Assembly: GCA_030141605.1 (NCBI GenBank) | Contig: JAQGDQ010001288.1 | Location: forward strand, 1-49,543 | Direction of reading: 5' to 3' | DNA: 49,543 bases | Source: Tubiluchus corallicola | Taxonomy: Eukaryota; Animalia; Priapulida | In this document: positions 1-13,165 of the stretch, piece after piece | How the letters are laid out: every line of letters begins with the position of its first letter | Numbering within the stretch: position 1 is the first letter of the stretch | Notes under the pieces: generated by a model | What the model saw: only the letters and a program-made list of their open reading frames with translations | Databases searched by the model: none | What the model was told of the DNA's origin: nothing | Translations under genes and position numbers: made by a program

Positions 1-146
1 TAATGTCTAATGTAATCTTGTAGTAAAACTTGTCAGCTTGTGTAGTTATAGTCTATTCTTACTGTAAATGTTACTAATGTCTAATATGATCTTGTAGTAA
101 AACTTGTCAGCTTGTGTAGTTATAGTCTATTCTTACTGTAAATGTT
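1..146. repeat. 74-bp tandem repeat, 2 copies visible
   Basis: taatgtctaat...actgtaaatgtt at 1 and 75. Confidence 0.8.
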
Positions 147-179
147 CTTGTAAAGTCTGTTGTGGTGAAAATCCTAAAT

Positions 180-662
180 CAGGGGTGTGCAAATTATCTG
201 ACTAGCCGGGCCACATTAAACTTTCCCGCAATTCCTGCGGGCCACAGACAGTTAGATCAAGGAGCCAAGTACAGAAAGACCTAATAACGATTTTTTTTGC
301 ATCCGACCTGCGTACATCATTACTACTACACTCAAGAAACTATTTTAGAAGTTATTAAAATTTATATTACAAACCATATATTTCTACTTTCAGGACAGAT
401 AGTGGTAATTTCAGTACAATGCATATTAGTAATATGTATCACACGGTCTGTGTAGTACAGTGTTATTAAGCTACAACCGTCTTGTAAGGGTTAATGGCAT
501 ACGATCTAGTAGAAAAAACTACCCGCACTACCTTTGCGATCGTTGCACGGACTTCAGCTGGATACACTCAATTAATCGCCCGGGCCGCACTTTCATTAGG
601 TTGACAAATCTCTTCGCGCGCCGCACAAATTCTCTCGGCGGACCGCAATTTGCACAGCCCTG
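180..662. mobile_element. hAT-type MITE, family B
   Basis: TIR caggggtgtgcaaatt/aatttgcacagccctg; exact 8-bp TSD tcctaaat; second partial copy about 26798-27187. Confidence 0.9.
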
Positions 663-1256
663 TCCTAAATCATGTTGTTCAAACGGTCTCATCCAATCCT
701 ATAATAAATCATGTTTAAACTAAACTAAGGTCTGAAGCTTATTCAGAGCATTCGTAGCGCCCTCTTCCCTAACTAAGTAGAACTATAAATTAGTATAATC
801 TTATTGCATACAGTGCTTGTATCAGCAACGCTGTAGGAAACTTGCAAATTTAAGCTCCTGTCATGACCGTTTGACACTGCGATTTGACAGAAGGTCGTTT
901 GAAACAAGTAATACTGCGTAAAGTTTGAAAAAATAAAATTAGAGCATTCATAACACACTCTTGCAAATTAAGCAACGGTTACAAAACTTTAAAAAGTCAA
1001 TAAGATCAACAAAACGTTTCTTTGTGAGCCAGAAACGTTCTTTGGTGGAAGCTGAAAAGGTGAGCCAATGACGTTTTACCCCAATGGTGAGAACATCTTA
1101 AAGTTTTCAAAATTTTCTTTGCCGGTTACCTAGGTTTTTCAACCAGGTAAACATAATACAAGTTAACATAACTTTGCAGAAAAGTTTTTATGTCCCGCAA
1201 AATTTCTTGTTCTTCTCCTGTTTCAAATCAAAACCCAACATCTCAAAACACAACGA

Positions 1257-1258
<2 letters not shown>

Positions 1259-1324
<66 letters not shown>

Positions 1325-1457
1325 TTCTCTCTTTCTTCTTTCTCTCTCTCTCACCCTCACTCTTTCTTTCCTCCCTTCCCCCTCTCTCTTTTTCTCTCTC
1401 TGTCTCTTTCCCCCTCCCTCCCTCCATCTCGCTCTCTCTCCTCTCTCTCTCTCTCGT

Positions 1458-1497
<40 letters not shown>

Positions 1498-1523
1498 CAT
1501 CTCTCTCTCTCTCACTCTCTCTT

Positions 1524-1560
<37 letters not shown>

Positions 1561-1570
1561 CCCTTTCTCT
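1259..1570. repeat. (CT)n microsatellite
   Basis: Direct inspection. Confidence 0.95.
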
Positions 1571-1786
1571 TGTGTCTGTTAATGATTCAAACATCATGAG
1601 AAATTTTACGTTTGGTAACATCAAACTAGATAATAATGTTTTACGTACGTGTGATAATGAAAAAGATTTATATCAGTTTGTCACTTACTTCCTACAATTG
1701 ATCCTGAACCGATGGCTGTAGCGTTTCATGTAATTAACATTCTAGGACTTTATTTTGAATAGCCTAAACATCGCTGTTTTTTTCAG

Positions 1787-1844
1787 GTTTTAACTTTCCA
1801 AATGGAAACAACAAAGACACAGCCTGCAGAAATAACCATGGGCG
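1787..1844 (+). CDS. PKD1-like exon 1 (window numbering): VLTFQMETTKTQPAEITMG
   Basis: ttttttcag acceptor, gtaggt donor; ends in phase 1, matching the WSC exon; no recognisable motif. Confidence 0.5.
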
Positions 1845-2534
1845 GTAGGTCAATAATTTGTTTATTCATTGCTGTCATAAATCATTCAATTATATATATG
1901 GTAGGGTATAACGTACAGCGATAAAAACTATTGTTATTAACTACGATAAAACAAGTTAATGTTGTTAATAGTCTATGCCGTCATAATATTCATTATAATA
2001 TTAATTATGCCAAGCATGTAAAGTTTTGTTCAGTTAAGATGTCGTTCACACTACTGAATCTGTGGTTATTCGCTCAGTCTGATATAATGCATGAATCCAT
2101 CAAATTCTCGGTAGAGTGTACGTTTTTCGACACAAAGCATGACATGCTTGGTATAATTCATATATATACAGAGAAAGAGAGATAGTTAGAGAAAGAGTTT
2201 ATTCATTTCCACACTGCATCTTACAATAGTATCACTAAAATACAGATAGTTACCCAGTAAAGTAAATATATAGTCCAGATTATACAAATAAAGAGCCTTT
2301 AGTAGCTAACATATAGGTGTACACGTGCAAATTACAATACAAATAGTATATTATACAATATAATTTTGATGCATTTCGAGGTGCGGCTTACTCTGTTCCA
2401 TAGGACTGCTCCCATCCAGCTAATGAAATTATTGCCATATTTGTTCTACAACGTCTTGGTGTATATTTATTATGTCTGCTATTGTATCCAGTCAGAAACT
2501 AACACTGCAGTTCATGATCATGCTTATCACGGTA

Positions 2535-3317
2535 AAATACATCATTTTGTGTATCATTTTGAATCATTATGAACTGATCACTTTGAACATTTTAGTTTAA
2601 TGAATGACAATCTTATAAATTCGACAGAACGTGGTTAAAACATTTGTCAGCCATGCGAATGTGACAAAAAGGCGCCGTTGCCAATGTTAGTAAATTCACT
2701 GAGCCTCGCGTAGCTTTGAAAGTTTAACGAAATTTGAGTATTCGAGGTAATTATTACTTAATCTAGGCCTTGATTTAAAAAAGCTATTGTCGTTTTTTTA
2801 TATTTTAGAGCATTCTTTAATCTGAACTAATATCTACACAATCTTCCGGTTTTCCTTTAATAATATAAATTAAAGCTAGAGCGCATTATCCTATTGGCTA
2901 GTATAAGCTGTAGCCAAGGGCCCCTAAGGCTTGGGGGGGGGGCTCAAGCTTTGATAACATTCCTATAAAAAAATCAGTTTTTTCGCTATGGTTGTGTTGA
3001 AATGCCTACTAATTTGGTTTGGTAATAGTCAGTAAAACAGATATTCTACCACAATCAATGACTGCCATATTCCAACAAAATATTGTAGTGTTTTATACGT
3101 CATTTTTATTAAAAAAATAAAGAAGGCCATTTTACAAATTTGCATTTAATTCTGTAGTTCTAGACCTTACTAAACACAAACATTAAATAAACCTAATTTG
3201 GTAATTTTACTAATTTATACCACGTTCTGTCGAATTTATAAGATTGTCATTCATTAAACTAAAATGTTCAAAGTGATGAGTTCATAATGATTCAAAATAA
3301 CACAAAATCATGTATTT
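2535..3317. mobile_element. Element with about 100-bp terminal inverted repeats
   Basis: 2535-2635 is a near-perfect reverse complement of 3219-3317. Confidence 0.75.
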
Positions 3318-3893
3318 ACTTACATCGTATGTCTCCATAAAGCAAATCTAGTATTTACCAATATGTCTGACAAATTATGCCACTATCATACTGTGAAAAA
3401 CTACTTTTAAAGAAGCCTGTTAACGTCTACCAACTAACTCACATGCCCATGTAGAAACAGGTCTGCTCAGGTGAGTGACCGTGGTCACGTGACCAACGAG
3501 ATACTTGGCGAATTTCCCCACAGCTATTCTAGTTTATTCAAGCAATTTTCAATAGTTATACCTCAAGCTACGTAAATGTAACTAAAATATATTACGTGTA
3601 AAAATATTCAAGACGATCTGGCCAGTAAAACCGTGCCTATCTTCTCGAGACATAAACCACCATTTTTGCATTTTAGTGATTTTCGACTGATTATTTTAGA
3701 AAATTGTCGTGTCCAGGCACTTGCATTTTTACGAAATTACTCGGCGCAAGTTAAAATCCATGGGAGGAGCTGTAACATGCAAAAAAATTCCTCCATTAGC
3801 TGTTTCTCCGAAGTTCTTTCTCGAGAAATTATTAAATGCGTCTATATACAAAAGACTATCATAAGACAATCAAGTTCCTACAAAATCAACAGA

Positions 3894-3927
<34 letters not shown>

Positions 3928-4313
3928 TCATTATCGAATTTTATGTGTGTACTTTGTTTAAATGAACTTCACTTAAATATGAATTTCGTTAAACATTGGC
4001 ATTTCATTTTAATTGCTACTACACAGGACTATTTTGGCTACACTGTTAAAAATATTGACCTTGACTTCTATGGAGTAGCATTTCAAGTAAGTTTAAAATG
4101 TTTGATTCCTTTCCTTGTGAAAATGAGAAGTCAGATCAAAAACTATTGCTTTTTCCACGTTGCTTCTCCTAAATGACTTGACTTTCTATTATCTGAAATA
4201 ACTTGTTCTTAGGTGGTATGCAATTCAATTCAATTTTATTTTCTATACCTTTCACTAACTCGCTTCAGATGATTCGACTTAGACTATGTATGAGACTCTC
4301 TACGTTTTTACAG

Positions 4314-4435
4314 ATGTTGGATGTGTCAACGACAAACTGTTTGCAGGAAGAGAGGCTGCGTTTTCAGTCTCTCCACTTTTTTACCAACGAGAAGACGTCA
4401 CTCCACGTCATTGTTCTAACATTTGTGGATATATG
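4314..4435 (+). CDS. PKD1-like exon 2, N-half of WSC domain
   Basis: tttttacag/gtaaga; DVGCVND...VTPRHCSNICGYM fits WSC GC..D and T...C...C. Confidence 0.85.
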
Positions 4436-5195
4436 GTAAGAATCTTAGGTGAAAAGTTGGTAACACTGAGTGTTTTGTCCAGTTTTTCTGTCTGCATGTT
4501 GTAACTCATAGCCTAACCTCAATAAAAAATGATGAAAACTTTGGTACAGGTTGATTTCCTTTATTACTGTGCTCAAAAAAAGAAGTGAAGACGGTGTAGG
4601 GGGGGGGGGATTCAACATAAATTACAGTCTGAAATAATTAAAGTAAAAATCAACATTTAGAACTTAATAATTCACTTAGGTTTACACAACACAACAAAAA
4701 TGAAATTTAAAGCACTAACCTCAGTTTAGGTAAATCAAAAAACCACAAAATATAATTTGAAGCAAACATGCTTTAACAAACTACATTATGAAATCTGAAC
4801 TTTACCAGCAGACTATGAAACCTGAACTACTACTGCCCAACATACAATAGCCAGGACTCCTGTTACACCTCATTAACTCTAGTTGAAACCCAGTAAATGG
4901 TATGTAAATAATTAGTACAGTAAACAGCTTAAGAAATTGGTAAATAATTTTTACAGGCAAACAACCAAAAGATGGCAGCACCTCCCTAAGATACTACCAC
5001 TTTCTGCTAAGTCTAAGTCTAAAAAAAACCTTAATTATAGTACAATTGCAAAACAAAATGCATGAACATATACATGTATTACACAGCTTTCTCATACTCG
5101 TTTAGCTGAAAGTCATTGCGTAGGCAGAACTGATGGAGGCATGTTTAGGTGCACATAATTATCTATTAGGATTGCTTACACTCCTTGCACATGTT

Positions 5196-5492
5196 TGTTG
5201 TGGAGATCGCTACCATCTATTAGAATTAAATAGAACATTGTAGAATGTTCCGTTAGAATAATCGTCTTACCTTGTAGAATGTTCTGGAAAGAAACTTCTT
5301 GGGCACGCTATATAAGGCGAAGCTGGCCGCTGAGACAGACACACACTGATTCACACGGACGCCACTTACACATTCTCTTGTATACTTGTATTTTCAGATA
5401 CACTTAAACGTTTTCCAGATTTTCACGTTTACTGTTAACATTTCGCGTTCCTTCATACTTTTGTGTTGTAGAATTCTCGCTTAATAAACTAA
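5196..5492 (+). mobile_element. LTR (family 1), 3'-truncated
   Basis: TGTTGTGG start, TATATAA, AATAAA; homologous to 6120-6307 and 44050-44152. Confidence 0.75.
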
Positions 5493-6119
5493 TTTAATGT
5501 TGTAAGCACTTGCACCTTGCACGACCAATGCTGACTTGTTGTCATTGGCATAATATAATCAATAATTATAATTGTTACATCCATGCTTATTGCTGTGGTA
5601 ATTTCATGTATAAATGACATAAATTCCAAGATTTTCATTTTTACCAACTTTTCAGTTTTTTATCAGCAATTTCTGTATAATTGTGCCACCATTTTTGTTT
5701 GAGTGACAGTTTTTGCTCATTGACAGTTGTAGTAGCCAAGACCTTCAAAACCAGTCTTTAAAATTTTTATGTTATCCCTTCTCGTCCTCGTTGTCGTCAC
5801 CATCATCATTAGCTGACGTTGCTGTGGTTTTTTATCACTGTTATTATTTTCTTTTTTTTGTTAATACTTGCAATAGTTTTTGCCAATGTTGATGTGGTAA
5901 TTCTTTTTACTTTTTAACACAGCTTTCCACTCTACTGACTAACTTATTACTGCATTCCAGCAGTGTGAAAGGGCAGCTACTTAACGTTACAGTAGAAGCA
6001 AAACTCGCAATGCCCATAGCAGATCAAGAGCATGAAAGGATAATCCATGCATTAGAGCGATATTTCCACGAAACTAACGACATTCAAAAAAGTAAATTCG
6101 CAGTCATTAAAAGCAAATT

Positions 6120-6307
6120 CGTTGTGTTTTGTTTCTCTCGGAAGGCTCATAGATAAAACCAGAAAACACTTCATCAAATTACACTAGTTTATCAAGCGAG
6201 AATTCTACAACACAAAAGTATGAAGGAACGCGAAATGTTTACAGTAAATGCGAAATGTTCTACAATGTTCTATGTAATTCTAACAGATGCCAGCGATCTC
6301 CACAACA
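6120..6307 (-). mobile_element. Solo LTR (family 1) with internal deletion
   Basis: TGTTGTG...CACAACG termini, 5-bp TSD aaatt. Confidence 0.8.
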
Positions 6308-8487
6308 AAATTACAATCTACTGAACATGCGCCGAGGTGACATGACAAAGTAACTAAATGATAGTTCCAAAAAAGATCAAAGAAATGATTCGAAAATTGA
6401 TGCTCTAGAAAAAGAAATTAAAGCATTTACTGAAAAATAGTGCTGTTTCTGCTGCTGATATTGATGCAGCACAAATTGCACTGAATTTGACGAAGTGTGT
6501 TACCGAGGTTGTGGATCGGTAATATAGAAGAAACAATCTAATATTGCTTGGCCTCAGAACTAATAATCTCATGAGAGCTCAACATTTTTATCAGGTTATC
6601 TCGTTCAATTAACAGAGCTAAACATGCAGTAAGTCAATCCAAAGGTGCTATTCAATGTTATGTAAATCGGCTGTAACAGCAAAACATTGAACGTCTACAT
6701 GAGAAAGCTTTTTGTAAACACTGATGAAGACCTGTATCTGAAATATATGTGTGTATGTAAATACGTTTCACTAACGTTTTTCTTACGTGTTGTGCTAGCG
6801 CGACAGAAAAAATTGTTAAAACGTAGTATGTATATTAAAAATTATAACCCTGAAGGGTTTTTTGCACATCAAGACTATCCACATGTAAAGGCTGACTGTG
6901 TACAACTGCTTAAGAAGCGGATAGCTGATAGGTAACTAAAGTTTTATTGGGAACAGCAGGATCACAAACTGTTCTCATTATTAATGCTTACTGAGTCTGA
7001 CAGTCTCAGTAACACGGATTCGATACTTTCAGGTGGTTATAAATCCACCTATGCCAATGTAAATGACTGGGGAAGTGTAGCAGATAAAACTGCATGAGAC
7101 AGTTTTCAATTTACCATGGTTACCCTTATTGTCATTTAAGTCGCCAGAAAAGGAAAATAAAATGGGACCGAAGAAAAATCATCCGACTAACTTTGGGAAT
7201 GATCGAAGATAGCGCGCATTGAAATTCAAGATAACTTGAAAAGTTGTCAAATTGCGTGTGGTAAAGCTGCGTGTTCAAAACTTGGCATTGATTTGTGATG
7301 AATGATTAATGTTTTCTTGCTGTTGCAAGTTTTTTTGCAGGTTAGCTGCGCTAATAACTTTTTTGCCTTATATACTATCGTTTGGTGTGTGGCTAAGGTA
7401 TTCATAACGTTAAATGCACAAGCAACACAACCCTCAGAGAAGGACTTTTGGGCGCTATTACACTTTCGCACCGCCTAGCTTTTCCTGGCCTATTGGTTGT
7501 TTTCACGCCTGCAACAGGCGTAATATACACCATATTCCCATAATATTATTGCTTCTTACGCTTTATAAGTCCAGATTAAAATCATGCATTACTTACCCAC
7601 CGCCGCCATTAAAAGCTGCACGTGAATAACCGTGTTTACACCACTGATGCGCAATCGCTCTCGCGCAGTGACGTTTTGACCCTTAACCTGTATTTTTAGT
7701 TTCTTCGCATAATTTATGATTATTAGGGTTGCAGCTACGGGAGTTTGTATCATATCGCGGGTGGGCCTGGAACGGAACAGTTATTTATCATTAATTTTAT
7801 TTATTACTGTAGTATTATTACTATTAGATTATAAAAAAAGTAAAGGTTTTTTCTTTATTTCGTAAATGTGGTGAAGATGAAAGTGTGTCACGTGCCTTTT
7901 AAGCTAGGCCGTGATAATGCTTAAACTAGTACGAAATTTGTCACGTGACTACACACACAAACAAAATGGCGATACGCCCTGTATAGGCGTAGAACTGTGA
8001 ATACAGCGTAATTATTGGTAATTATACCTAAATATATTATTAAATTACAATTAGATTAGCGGAAACATTCACTGATGACTTAAGAATAATAGAATGATGA
8101 CTTACGAGCCTAATTTACAATTTAATACAGTATGATGTAATAATTTTGATGTCACTGTGTGCTTAATGTCATTATATTGTACTGAATGTGATAATAATAA
8201 TAATATTTTCAACTAAATATATGTTGATGTTTTAATGATATAATCATAATGTAACACAGTTTGGGGCATTATCACATGCCCTGTTGAAAACAGAAGCCAC
8301 GATCACTGATGGTATTTTTATTTGGAACAAATGGACACCTCATTAGTCCAACAGGAAAATGTTGCAGAATAATCGTCCGATCTTCCTGTGCTGTCATTAA
8401 AAATGCGCAAGTCTCTAATAAGAGTTTCAGAAATGATATCAGACTTTCACAGCTAAGAAGGTCCATCATGTTTGGTAAACGTGATAT

Positions 8488-9070
8488 ACGTGTGCTTGCA
8501 TAGCAAAATAAGTTGGCAACTAAGCTTTTCTAGTTGTTCACATATCCTGAATCTCCATTTCATGTGGATCATTTTGATACCAAGTTCATCGCTTTATGTT
8601 ATTTCTAAGCTGAGATAATCCACGTTGAAGTTGAGGTGCAGGCTGTGCACTGAAAAACATAATCTTGAGAAAATCGCTGTTAAAGTCAGCCATTGTTTTT
8701 TTTTGCGTCTCTACAAAACACTTAGCAACCGTGCAAATGTTGGTTGCTACGGACTTTACAAGAACACATTGAATTTATGCTTGCTTCCAGGAGCTGCTAA
8801 CAGAGTTCGAAAATACAAATTTTTCTGCAATTGGAGTACTAATTTCTAGCTAGAAAAATGAGTACGGGGTTATAAAATTAGATTTTTGTATTCTTTGAAC
8901 ATTTTCTTGATGATTTGATGCCAGAATATAAAAGACCAATATATTTAGCATTTGTTTTTATGAAAAATTGACATTTGACCAAATTTTTGATGCATGTCTA
9001 CTTTGGAGCATCATTATAATGTAGTTTTGACTATGCTGACTTATGGGCAACTTTGATTTGCAAGCACCTA
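8488..9070. mobile_element. Non-autonomous TIR element, family F
   Basis: gtgcttgca...tgcaagcac termini; second copy 34450-35110. Confidence 0.75.
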
Positions 9071-9121
9071 TATGGCAAACTTTCCACACAAGCTTTTGAG
9101 TAAAGAGGATCTGTTAAGCTA

Positions 9122-9430
9122 TGTTAAAAGCGTTAGATTATGATAGATAATAATGTTGATGAATGCTGGCATGAAGCCCAGTTAAGGTGTGGTGTCACGT
9201 CAGCAAGTGATTCAGAACCGAAACGTAGGCGTCGAAGCTTGGCGCACGAGATATAAGCCTTGTGATGCGCCCAGTTCAGGAGATTGAGTCTGGGAGCTGA
9301 AGGAGAGGAGGCTAGATCAGGGGGCTTTGCTTTGCTATCTGTTATATTTATTGTGTTTGATGTTCAATAAACGCGTAGTTTTATAATCTGACTCTTCATA
9401 GTTTTGCCTTCCCTAAAACACCAATAATCA
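9122..9430 (+). mobile_element. Solo LTR (family 2), gypsy-like
   Basis: TG...CA, 4-bp TSD gcta, TATAAG and AATAAA. Confidence 0.8.
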
Positions 9431-9572
9431 GCTATACACAACCAATACAATGAATTATTTTACTTTTTGTGACAGGTTTTTTTTTCTTAAAAAATGCTGC
9501 AAAAAGTGACAAATTTGCATTTTTTACAGTTACATTCATTATGCTCAAAAGTTTACTGTGATCTTATTTTAG

Positions 9573-9806
9573 GAACAGCATTTTTATGCACTCACAATAG
9601 GATATGTCTGCCTTTGTCGTGAAACTGCGAGTCTGTCCAACGATGTTGTTGATGTCAATGATGTCTGCAATGTTGCATGTTTGGGTGACACCGGTCAATT
9701 TTGTGGTGGCGACAGCAGCTTCTTTTCCTACGGACTGGCTATTAAGCCTGTTCCCGATTATTCTGTCAAACTGTCTGATGCCGTTGCAACAAATATGTAT
9801 GATACG
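9573..9806 (+). CDS. PKD1-like exon 3, C-half of WSC domain
   Basis: ttttag/gtgagg; EQHFYALTIGYVCLC...CNVACLGDTGQFCGG; phase 0-0. Confidence 0.9.
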
Positions 9807-11102
9807 GTGAGGTTAACACTTGTTGGGTACTTCATTATAGAACTTGGCATAAAAATGCATCTGTTTCCATTTAATTTTCCGGGTAATATTTATCCTTTAT
9901 CGCACACCCGGCCGGGAATTTTATAATTTTTTTGTATGTTCATATGCTTACTTGACACAGTCATATAAAAGCATATTTTTTTATTTTAGAATGTAAAAAG
10001 CAATAATTATGATAATGTGGTTCTTTTGGGGAATGCAAGATACAGCCATGTTTTTCCACGGCTAACTCTCGGCCAGGGTTGAATGATTCTCATTGTATTG
10101 GAGGCTAAAAAGTATAGAATTTTCCACCAAATCGGTGTATTAACGGCTGAGTAGTGTTGCCGCTTATACCATAATTATCAGAACATACTTTCATGATATA
10201 AGAAAGAGACTTTTCACAAAGCTTGAAAAATTTTTTTTGAAAATTTTTTTCTCACTCTTTACTGACACCATTTGAGCTCATGAGGTAAAATAGAAGCAAA
10301 TATTTTTTGGTCAGCCTAATTATGACATTTTTGTCATTCTGTAAAGTACTAATTCGAATTCTGTACTTTCTGTAAAGTAACATTGTTGCGGGTCACATGA
10401 ATGACGTTACATGTTTTGTCAATCCAAACGTACAAGCGTAATGTGCTTACTGATCTCCGGGAAGTTGAGTTTTCATAAATCGTGCAAGTTCTCGTATTTT
10501 TGTGGAAAACGTGTCTTTATAATTTGATAGGACGGTTTGGAAATCTTATTCATCGAGCTTAAGATCTTGTCTCCCATCCATCCATCCGTCCGGCACATAA
10601 ATCCCTTTTATATCAGGGCGAGTAGCAATGTATATTGTACTACTAGGCTAATTTTCTACTCAAAAACGTTAAGGCGCACACATATGCTTGCTCTAATGCT
10701 GCAACAACACAAAACAAATTTGGGTTTATAAATGTTATACCGCCGTTACGCACAGCTAAGTATATATTACTCTTTATCTTTTCAGCCTTAAAGTTATACA
10801 TTCACTATGCTTCCTCTTTTGGCCATTATGTCCTTCAGTAGGCAAACTGCATAAATTTTTCCCTCTCCAAATAACATTCATCTCAAGCATTTTTCATCAG
10901 TTACTCCTTGCCAAGGGACCTTGTTTCTCATCTGTGTGTAAAATTCACAACTTAATATTATGTGTTTTGCAGTTTCAATAGTTTTACTATATTTACAAAG
11001 GCTTTTTTCTATGCAGTAAATCTACTTTCCAAGCATACAAGGGATTTCCCAACACTTCTAATGCACCAACCCTAGCTTTGACAAGCAATTTCGCACCCCA
11101 TG

Positions 11103-11651
11103 GTTTGTTGTTTTGTTGTTGTTGACTTTTTGTAGGCATTGGGAGTAGGGATGAAGTCATGACTTGCGCGTTAATTTGATTTAAGTGAGGGAGAGTTGCG
11201 CAATGTCGTCAGCCTCACTCTCTCGTCCTCGCCCTTCTTTGCCCAGTGGCATGACATAGTCGAGACGACTGGAGATGGGTCCGGATGCAGTGGATGGCCA
11301 TCAGCATCTCCGGTGCCTTGTTGTGCCCTGTTTGCGCTCCACAGCACTTCGCTGCGACTGCCTTCTTGCCCGTTGAACCAGACCGGTTTCTTCCGCGCTT
11401 TCCACCAGCCTCAGTCTTCGTGTATTTGGGATAGGCATATCCTACCCTCAGGCAGAGCCCTTGGGTTCACTCACGTAGTTTGGCTGGTCAGTCAAAACCG
11501 TTGCCCGGGGTGTGGCCACTGCCATACACGAGCAGTATCCGTGGGGGCATACAGGAGTGGGAACCAAATAGGATCCAGGCCATCCCAATAGGGAGTGACT
11601 GCCTTTCACCGTGAGGTACTATCCCTCCTCTTGTACGCTACACCCCAAGGG
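11103..11651 (-). mobile_element. GC-rich non-coding retroposon, RTE-like, with (CAA)n tail
   Basis: Sharp GC island; (CAA)n tail on the minus strand; similar flanks caccccatggttt/caccccaagggttt; RTE 5'UTR resemblance is from memory. Confidence 0.5.
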
Positions 11652-11742
11652 TTTAAATGATATACAACTTTTGCGATCTCTATATCTTTATTTTCCTGGC
11701 TTGACCGCATGCACCATTTACTTTCTATTTTTTTATGGTTAG

Positions 11743-11949
11743 ATTTGCTTTGAGATTGAATGGAGCAAACGTCCGGTCGACGATACCCTCACACTTGTCG
11801 TTGACTTTGGCGACGGTTCGCCAGTTTCTGATCGGGTGGCTATTGAAGTGGCGGAATTGCCTTATTTCTGCAATAAAGTTTATAGTCACCCAGGGACGTA
11901 CGCCGTGACCGTCTATGCTGAGCCAAAGCCAAAGCCGGCAGAGTGGAAG
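11743..11949 (+). CDS. PKD1-like exon 4, PKD domain
   Basis: ttag/gtgaga; VVDFGDGS...YSHPGTYAVTV; phase 0-0. Confidence 0.9.
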
Positions 11950-12188
11950 GTGAGATTAATTTTTTTGCTTTTTGTTTCTTATAGAATGTATAGATGTGAA
12001 AATCGGCTTCGTCTAAAGGTATGCGAATTCATAGTACAATCGGATCACTAGTGATGAGTACAATTGAAATACGGTATGCGTCGTTTAGTTGGTTAAAATA
12101 GGAGTATTACTTATAATGTAAAGAAGGTGATGTTGTTATATTTTGGGGAAAGCTTCCCGGGATGTGGGAACATTTTGTTTTGTGTCTA

Positions 12189-12290
12189 GGTATTCCTAGG
12201 CGGTCACCCATCCAAGCACTGACCAGGCTCTACGTTGCTTAACTTCGGTGATCAGACGAGAACCGGTATTTTCAACGTGATTTGGCCGTA

Positions 12291-12292
<2 letters not shown>
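12189..12292 (-). pseudogene. 5S rRNA-derived copy, 3'-truncated
   Basis: ctacggcc...gatcaccgaagttaagcaacg...cttggatgggtgaccgcct.ggaatacc; lacks the last ~14 nt. Confidence 0.85.
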
Positions 12293-12362
<70 letters not shown>

Positions 12363-12403
12363 CCTTTTTCAAAGTATACATATATATATATATATATATA
12401 TAT
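12292..12403. repeat. (TA)n microsatellites
   Basis: Direct inspection. Confidence 0.95.
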
Positions 12404-12537
12404 AGTTCTTTTTTCAAAGTTAGATTCTGATTACTATCTACATGAAATAATGTCAGACATGAAACAAAGACAATAGTCTATCGTGATCTGCATTAAACTG
12501 ACCGAGTTTTCTAAGGAGTATGCATCTTACATTGCAG

Positions 12538-12727
12538 GATGTTCACCAAAGTTCGATGACTGTGACCGTGGGTTCTCTTCCCGCTTTGTTCACGGCGCGC
12601 TGTCCGACTTTTGCTCCCCAAAACCAACCGTTTTATTGTTCAGTAGAGGTGACCCAAGGGCAACCAGAAGTCGCTCTCTATATGCACTGGAATGAGGATA
12701 GTTCACCAGAATCTGTGCAGGTTACAG
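12538..12727 (+). CDS. PKD1-like exon 5
   Basis: ttgcag/gtgggt; DVHQSSMTVTVG...CSVEVTQGQPEVALYMHWNEDSS; phase 0-1. Confidence 0.85.
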
Positions 12728-12796
12728 GTGGGTTAACTCTTTCATTACTGCACCACTCAAAATAGGCCTTATAAGACCTATGACTTTTTTTTACCA

Positions 12797-13165
12797 TTAC
12801 TGAGTACAGACGTAACTAAATGATTACAAATTAGGCAATGTTCTATTCAGGAGAATCTCGGCTATCCAGTCATGCTGTTCGTTTAAGCTCCTAGGAAAAT
12901 TGAGAAATACTCGCCCCTTTCAGTCGCTCCGACTTATTCTATCGAGTAGCTTAGTCTGGTGCACACTGGTGTTATATGTTAGCGTTACTGAGTACAGACG
13001 TAACTAAATGATTACAAATTAGGCAATGTTCTATTCAGGAGAATCTCGGCTATCCAATCATTCTATTCGTTTAAACATTTCTAATGATTTAGTCAGATAA
13101 AATTAAGAAAAACATGCCCTTTTCAGGCACTCCAACTTAACCTACTGAGTATCTGAGTCTGGTGT
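12797..13165. repeat. 188-bp direct duplication, 2 copies
   Basis: ttactgagtacagacgtaac... at 12797 and 12985. Confidence 0.85.

Noticed and set aside
460-723. Duplicated ORF (also 26985-27293)
   Set aside because: Lies within non-coding MITE family B
1174-1624. SL- and ER-repeat ORFs
   Set aside because: Translation of the (CT)n microsatellite
1787-1844. Kringle-like reading ACRNNHGR
   Set aside because: That frame ends in phase 2 and cannot join the WSC exon; no other kringle exon found
6320-7100. Decayed LINE ORF1/endonuclease-like remnants
   Set aside because: Too degenerate to delimit or classify
8625-8849. Duplicated ORF (also 34593-34877)
   Set aside because: Lies within repeat family F; the frames diverge between copies
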